Shown here in pieces: positions 56,301-64,000 of a stretch of 64,000 nucleotides of DNA; position 1 is the first letter of the stretch, and each line of letters starts with the position of its first letter. Source of the stretch: Auanema rhodensis (taxonomy: Eukaryota; Animalia; Nematoda); assembly GCA_964057225.1 (NCBI GenBank), contig CAXKVF010000084.1:254764-318763 (forward strand). Reading direction: 5' to 3'. A program made the translations under genes and the position numbers. Below the pieces are notes generated by a model. It searched no databases and was not told the DNA's origin. It saw nothing but the letters and a program-made list of their open reading frames with translations.

Positions 56301-59300
56301 GTCATGGTTACCATGAACCAATATCAATAAAAATTTGTTTTTAGACTAATATGGACATGGGGAATCTAATTTTGAAAACCGCATCTCTTTATCTTTCACG
56401 TGAAGCGAGTTACATACCAAGTGCACATCACGTGTACATTTAATTAGCATAAATTAAAGTTCACGTAAATTTCAAAGTCATGGTTACCATGCACCAATAT
56501 CAATAAAAATTTGTTTTTAGACTAATATGGACATGGAGAATCTAATTTTGAAAACCGCATCTCTTTATCTTTCACGTGAAGCGAGTTACATACCAAGTGC
56601 ACATCACGTGTACATTTAATTAGCATAAATTAAAGTTCACGTAAATTTCAAAGTCATGGTTACCATGAAGCAATATCAATAAAAATTTGTTTTTAGACTA
56701 ATATGGACATGGGGAATCTAATTTTGAAAACCGCATCTCTTTATCTTTCACGTGAAGCGAGTTACATACCAAGTGCACATCACGTGTACATTTAATTAGC
56801 ATAAATTAAAGTTCACGTAAATTTCAAAGTCATGGTTACCATGAACCAATATCAATAAAAATTTGTTTTTAGACTAATATGGACATGGGGAATCTAATTT
56901 TGAAAACCGCATTTCTTTATCTTTCACGTGAAGCGAGTTACATACCAAGTGCACATCACGTGTACATTTAATTAGCATAAATTAAAGTTCACGTAAAATT
57001 CAAAGTCATGGTTACCATGAACCAATATCAATAAAAATTTGTTTTTAGACTAATATGGACATGGGGAATCTAATTTTGAAAACCGCATCTTTTTATCTTT
57101 CACGTGAAGCGAGTTACATACCAAGTGCACATCACGTGTACATTTAATTAGCATAAATTAAAGTTCACGTAAATTTCAAAGTCATGGTTACCATGAACCA
57201 ATATCAATAAAAATTTGTTTTTAGACTAATATGGACATGGGGAATCTAATTTTGAAAACCGCATTTCTTTATCTTTCACGTGAAGCGAGTTACATACCAA
57301 GTGCACATCACGTGTACATTTAATTAGCATAAATTAAAGTTCACGTAAATTTCAAAGTCATGGTTACCATGCACCAATATCAATAAAAATTTGTTTTTAG
57401 ACTAATATGGACATGGGGAATCTAATTTTGAAAACCGCATCTCTTTATCTTTCACGTGAAGCGAGTTACATACCAAGTGCACATCACGTGTACATTTAAT
57501 TAGCATAAATTAAAGTTCACGTAAATTTCAAAGTCATGGTTACCATGAACCAATATCAATAAAAATTTGTTTTTAGACTAATATGGACATGGGAAATCTA
57601 ATTTTGAAAACCGCATCTCTTCATCTTTCACGTGAAGCGAGTTACATACCAAGTGCACATCACGTGTACATTTAATTAGCATAAATTAAAGTTCACGTAT
57701 ATTCCAAAGTCATGGTTACCATGAACTAATATCAATAAAAATTTGTTTTTAGACTAATATGGACATGGGGAATCTAATTTTGAAAACCGCATCTCTTTAT
57801 CTTTCACGTGAAGCGAGTTACATACCAAGTGCACATCACGTGTACATTTAATTAGCATAAATTAAAGTTCACGTAAATTTCAAAGTCATGGTTACCATGA
57901 ACCAATATCAATAAAAATTTGTTTTTAGACTAATATGGACATGGGGAATCTAATTTTGAACACCGCATCTCTTTATCTTTCACGTGAAGCGAGTTACATA
58001 CCAAGTGCACATCACGTGTACATTTAATTAGCATAAATTAAAGTTCACGTAAATTTCAAAGTCATGGTTACCATGAACCAATATCAATAAAAATTTGTTT
58101 TTAGACTAATATGGACATGGGGAATCTAATTTTGAAAACCGCATCTCTTTATCTTTCACGTGAAGCGAGTTACATACCAAGTGCACATCACGTGTACATT
58201 TAATTAGCATAAATTAAAGTTCACGTAAATTTCAAAGTCATGGTTACCATGAACCAATATCAATAAAAATTTGTTTTTAGACTAATATGGACATGGGGAA
58301 TCTAATTTTGAAAACCGCATCTCTTTATCTTTCACGTGAAGCGAGTTACATACCAAGTGCACATCACGTGTACATTTAATTAGCATAAATTAAAGTTCAC
58401 GTAAATTTCAAAGTCATGGTTACCATGAACCAATATCAATAAAAATTTGTTTTTAGACTAATATGGACATGGGGAATCTAATTTTGAAAACCGCATCTCT
58501 TTATCTTTCACGTGAAGCGAGTTACATACCAAGTGCACATCACGTGTACATTTAATTAGCATAAATTAAAGTTCACGTAAATTTCAAAGTCATGGTTACC
58601 ATGCACCAATATCAATAAAAATTTGTTTTTAGACTAATATGGACATGGGGAATCTAATTTTGAAAACCGCATCTCTTTATCTTTCACGTGAAGCGAGTTA
58701 CATACCAAGTGCACATCACGTGTACATTTAATTAGCATAAATTAAAGTTCACGTAAATTTCAAAGTCATGGTTACCATGCACCAATATCAATAAAAATTT
58801 GTTTTTAGACTAATATGGACATGGGGAATCTAATTTTGAAAACCGCATCTCTTTATCTTTCACGTGAAGCGAGTTACATACCAAGTGCACATCACGTGTA
58901 CATTTAATTAGCATAAATTAAAGTTCACGTAAATTTCAAAGTCATGGTTACCATGAAGCAATATCAATAAAAATTTGTTTTTAGACTAATATGGACATGG
59001 GGAATCTAATTTTGAAAACCGCATCTCTTTATCTTTCACGTGAAACGAGTTACATACCAAGTGCACATCACGTGTACATTTAATTAGCATAAATTAAAGT
59101 TCACGTAAATTTCAAAGTCATGGTTACCATGAACCAATATCAATAAAAATTTGTTTTTAGACTAATATGGACATGGGGAATCTAATTTTGAAAACCGCAT
59201 CTCTTTATCTTTCACGTGAAGCGAGTTACATACCAAGTGCACATCATGTGTACATTTAATTAGCATAAATTAAAGTTCACGTAAATTTCAAAGTCATGGT

Positions 59301-61475
59301 TACCATGCACCAATATCAATAAAATTTGTTTTTAGACTAATATGGACATGGGGAATCTAATTTTGAAAACCGCATCTCTTTATCTTTCACGTGAAGCGAG
59401 TTACATACCAAGTGCACATCACGTGTACATTTAATTAGCATAAATTAAAGTTCACGTAAATTTCAAAGTCATGGTTACCATGAACCAATATCAATAAAAA
59501 TTTGTTTTTAGACTAATATGGACATGGGGAATCTAATTTGAAAACCGCATCTCTTTATCTTTCACGTGAAGCGAGTTACATACCAAGTGCACATCACGTG
59601 TACATTTAATTAGCATAAATTAAAGTTCACGTAAATTTCAAAGTCATGGTTACCATGAACCAATATCAATAAAAATTTGTTTTTAGACTAATATGGACAT
59701 GGGAAATCTAATTTTGAAAACCGCATCTCTTCATCTTTCACGTGAAGCGAGTTACATACCAAGTGCACATCACGTGTACATTTAATTAGCATAAATTAAA
59801 GTTCACGTAAATTTCAAAGTCATGGTTACCATGCACCAATATCAATAAAAATTTGTTTTTAGACTAATATGGACATGGGGAATCTAATTTTGAAAACCGC
59901 ATCTCTTTATCTTTCACGTGAAGCGAGTTACATACCAAGTGCACATCACGTGTACATTTAATTAGCATAAATTAAAGTTCACGTAAATTTCAAAGTCATG
60001 GTTACCATGCACCAATATCAATAAAAATTTGTTTTTAGACTAATATGGACATGGGGAATCTAATTTTGAAAACCGCATCTCTTTATCTTTCACGTGAAGC
60101 GAGTTACATACCAAGTGCACATCACGTGTACATTTAATTAGCATAAATTAAAGTTCACGTAAATTTCAAAGTCATGGTTACCATGAAGCAATATCAATAA
60201 AAATTTGTTTTTAGACTAATATGGACATGGGGAATCTAATTTTGAAAACCGCATCTCTTTATCTTTCACGTGAAACGAGTTACATACCAAGTGCACATCA
60301 CGTGTACATTTAATTAGCATAAATTAAAGTTCACGTAAATTTCAAAGTCATGGTTACCATGAACCAATATCAATAAAAATTTGTTTTTAGACTAATATGG
60401 ACATGGGGAATCTAATTTTGAAAACCGCATCTCTTTATCTTTCACGTGAAGCGAGTTACATACCAAGTGCACATCACGTGTACATTTAATTAGCATAAAT
60501 TAAAGTTCACGTAAATTTCAAAGTCATGGTTACCATGCACCAATATCAATAAAAATTTGTTTTTAGACTAATATGGACATGGAGAATCTAATTTTGAAAA
60601 CCGCATCTCTTTATCTTTCACGTGAAGCGAGTTACATACCAAGTGCACATCACGTGTACATTTAATTAGCATAAATTAAAGTTCACGTAAATTTCAAAGT
60701 CATGGTTACCATGAAGCAATATCAATAAAAATTTGTTTTTAGACTAATATGGACATGGGGAATCTAATTTTGAAAACCGCATCTCTTTATCTTTCACGTG
60801 AAGCGAGTTACATACCAAGTGCACATCACGTGTACATTTAATTAGCATAAATTAAAGTTCACGTAAATTTCAAAGTCATGGTTACCATGAACCAATATCA
60901 ATAAAAATTTGTTTTTAGACTAATATGGACATGGGGAATCTAATTTGAAAACCGCATTCTTTATCTTTCACGTGAAGCGAGTTACATACCAAGTGCACAT
61001 CACGTGTACATTTAATTAGCATAAATTAAAGTTCACGTAAAATTCAAAGTCATGGTTACCATGAACCAATATCAATAAAAATTTGTTTTTAGACTAATAT
61101 GGACATGGGGAATCTAATTTTGAAAACCGCATCTTTTTATCTTTCACGTGAAGCGAGTTACATACCAAGTGCACATCACGTGTACATTTAATTAGCATAA
61201 ATTAAAGTTCACGTAAATTTCAAAGTCATGGTTACCATGAACCAATATCAATAAAAATTTGTTTTTAGACTAATATGGACATGGGGAATCTAATTTTGAA
61301 AACCGCATTTCTTTATCTTTCACGTGAAGCGAGTTACATACCAAGTGCACATCACGTGTACATTTAATTAGCATAAATTAAAGTTCACGTAAATTTCAAA
61401 GTCATGGTTACCATGCACCAATATCAATAAAAATTTGTTTTTAGACTAATATGGACATGGGGAATCTAATTTTGA
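53384..61475 (+). repeat. Tandem duplication of a 23-monomer block (4048 bp)
   Basis: aacaccgc at 53913 and 57961, gaaacga at 54997 and 59045, catcatg at 55199 and 59247 are all offset by 4048. ggagaa at 56537 and 60583 is offset by 4046 after two 1-bp deletions. Confidence 0.92.
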
Positions 61476-64000
61476 AAACCGCATCTCTTTATCTTTCACG
61501 TGAAGCGAGTTACATACCAAGTGCACATCACGTGTACATTTAATTAGCATAAATTAAAGTTCACGTAAATTTCAAAGTCATGGTTACCATGAAGCAATAT
61601 CAATAAAAATTTGTTTTTAGACTAATATGGACATGGGGAATCTAATTTTGAAAACCGCATCTCTTTATCTTTCACGTGAAGCGAGTTACATACCAAGTGC
61701 ACATCACGTGTACATTTAATTAGCATAAATTAAAGTTCACGTAAATTTCAAAGTCATGGTTACCATGAACCAATATCAATAAAAATTTGTTTTTAGACTA
61801 ATATGGACATGGGGAATCTAATTTTGAAAACCGCATTTCTTTATCTTTCACGTGAAGCGAGTTACATACCAAGTGCACATCACGTGTACATTTAATTAGC
61901 ATAAATTAAAGTTCACGTAAAATTCAAAGTCATGGTTACCATGAACCAATATCAATAAAAATTTGTTTTTAGACTAATATGGACATGGGGAATCTAATTT
62001 GAAAACCGCATCTTTTTATCTTTCACGTGAAGCTAGTTACATACCAAGTGCACATCACGTGTACATTAAATTAGCATTAATTAAAGTTCACGTAAATTTC
62101 AAAGTCATGGTTACCATGAACCAATATCAATAAAAATTTGTTTTTAGACTAATATGGACATGGGGAATCTAATTTTGAAAACCGCATCTCTTTATCTTTC
62201 ACGTGAAGCGAGTTACATACCAAGTGCACATCACGTGTACATTTAATTAGCATAAATTAAAGTTCACGTATATTTCAAAGTCATGGTTACCATGAACCAA
62301 TATCAATAAAAATTTGTTTTTAGACTAATATGGACATGGGGAATCTAATTTTGAAAACCGCATCTTTTTATCTTTCACGTGAAGCTAGTTACATACCAAG
62401 TGCACATCACGTGTACATTAAATTAGCATTAATTAAAGTTCACGTAAATTTCAAAGTCATGGTTACCATGAACCAATATCAATAAAAATTTGTTTTTAGA
62501 CTAATATGGACATGGGGAATCTAATTTTGAAAACCGCATCTCTTTATCTTTCACGTGAAGCGAGTTACATACCAAGTGCACATCACGTGTACATTTAATT
62601 AGCATAAATTAAAGTTCACGTAAATTTCAAAGTCATGGTTACCATGAACTAATATCAATAAAAATTTGTTTTTAGACTAATATGGACATGGGAATCTAAT
62701 TTTGAAAACCGCATCTCTTTATCTTTCACGTGAAGCGAGTTACATACCAAGTGCACATCACGTGTACATTTAATTAGCATAAATTAAAGTTCACGTAAAT
62801 TTCAAAGTCATGGTTACCATGAACCAATATCAATAAAATTTGTTTTTAGACTAATATGGACATGGGGAAATCTAATTTTGAAAACCGCATCTCTTTATCT
62901 TTCACGTGAAGCGAGTTACATACCAAGTGCACATCACGTGTACATTTAATTAGCATAAATTAAAGTTCACGTAAATTTCAAAGTCATGGTTACCATGAAC
63001 CAATATCAATAAAAATTTGTTTTTAGACTAATATGGACATGGGGAATCTAATTTTGAAAACCGCATCTCTTTATCTTTCACGTGAAGCGAGTTACATACC
63101 AAGTGCACATCACGTGTACATTTAATTAGCATAAATTAAAGTTCACGTAAATTTCAAAGTCATGGTTACCATGAAGCAATATCAATAAAAATTTGTTTTT
63201 AGACTAATATGGACATGGGGAATCTAATTTTGAAAACCGCATCTCTTTATCTTTCACGTGAAGCGAGTTACATACCAAGTGCACATCACGTGTACATTTA
63301 ATTAGCATAAATTAAAGTTCACGTAAATTTCAAAGTCATGGTTACCATGAACCAATATCAATAAAAATTTGTTTTTAGACTAATATGGACATGGGGAATC
63401 TAATTTTGAAAACCGCATCTCTTTATCTTTCACGTGAAGCGAGTTACATACCAAGTGCACATCACGTGTACATTTAATTAGCATAAATTAAAGTTCACGT
63501 AAATTTCAAAGTCATGGTTACCATGAACCAATATCAATAAAAATTTGTTTTTAGACTAATATGGACATGGGGAATCTAATTTTGAAAACCGCATCTCTTT
63601 ATCTTTCACGTGAAGCGAGTTACATACCAAGTGCACATCACGTGTACATTTAATTAGCATAAATTAAAGTTCACGTAAATTTCAAAGTCATGGTTACCAT
63701 GAACCAATATCAATAAAAATTTGTTTTTAGACTAATATGGACATGGGGAATCTAATTTTGAAAACCGCATCTCTTTATCTTTCACGTGAAGCGAGTTACA
63801 TACCAAGTGCACATCACGTTGGTACATTTAATTAGCATAAATTAAAGTTCACGTAAATTTCAAAGTCATGGTTACCATGAAGCAATATCAATAAAAATTT
63901 GTTTTTAGACTAATATGGACATGGGGAATCTAATTTGAAAACCGCATCTCTTTATCTTTCACGTGAAGCGAGTTACATACCAAGTGCACATCACGTGTAC

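Larger units (their letters stand above)
1..64000 (+). repeat. Tandem satellite DNA array, 176-bp monomer, ~364 copies, head-to-tail; extends beyond both window edges; probable centromeric/pericentromeric satellite
   Basis: aaaccgcatc recurs at 1, 177, 353 and so on. The 60-column layout realigns every 2640 bp (15 x 176). The last monomer starts at 63939, which equals 364 x 176 + 1 minus a net 126 bp of observed indels. Hand count is 56/176 G+C. The centromeric role is inferred only from monomer size, AT richness and homogeneity. Confidence 0.99.

Noticed and set aside
1-61400. A/C117 pattern as an information-bearing binary code
   Set aside because: The order of alleles is largely accounted for by the nested block duplications, and there is no evidence of a readout mechanism.
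1-64000. Protein-coding repeat ORF
   Set aside because: 176 is not a multiple of 3, and each monomer has many TAA/TGA/TAG triplets on both strands, so no long ORF is possible. ATGs lead only to very short peptides.
1-64000. CRISPR array or other repeat-spacer system
   Set aside because: There are no unique spacers. The whole unit repeats nearly identically, and no cas or other gene is present.
1-64000. Rolling-circle or concatemer artefact, or synthetic construct
   Set aside because: Nested, position-specific shared variants show descent with modification, which template concatemerisation would not produce.

Overview
The whole 64-kb window is one uninterrupted head-to-tail satellite DNA array on a single strand orientation. 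The monomer is 176 bp and about 32% GC. Counting the register and the indels gives 364 complete monomers plus a 62-bp partial one. Consensus from position 1: aaaccgcatctctttatctttcacgtgaagcgagttacataccaagtgcacatcacgtgtacatttaattagcataaattaaagttcacgtaaatttcaaagtcatggttaccatg[a/c]accaatatcaataaaaatttgtttttagactaatatggacatggggaatctaattttga. Most monomers differ from this consensus at only 0-2 positions. I see no gene, RNA gene, CRISPR array, transposon insertion or inversion, so I cannot support a novel protein-coding system here. Monomer length, AT richness and homogeneity fit a eukaryotic centromeric or pericentromeric satellite. That is inference, and I cannot identify the species. The real structure lies in the variants, which show nested local higher-order repeats (2-, 3-, 4-, 5-, 10/11-, 19/22/29- and 23-mers) and position-restricted variant zones. 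A 137-bp deletion monomer occurs three times. The monomer itself carries several dyad symmetries and three TCACGT (E-box/CDEI-like) motifs spaced 32-33 bp apart.
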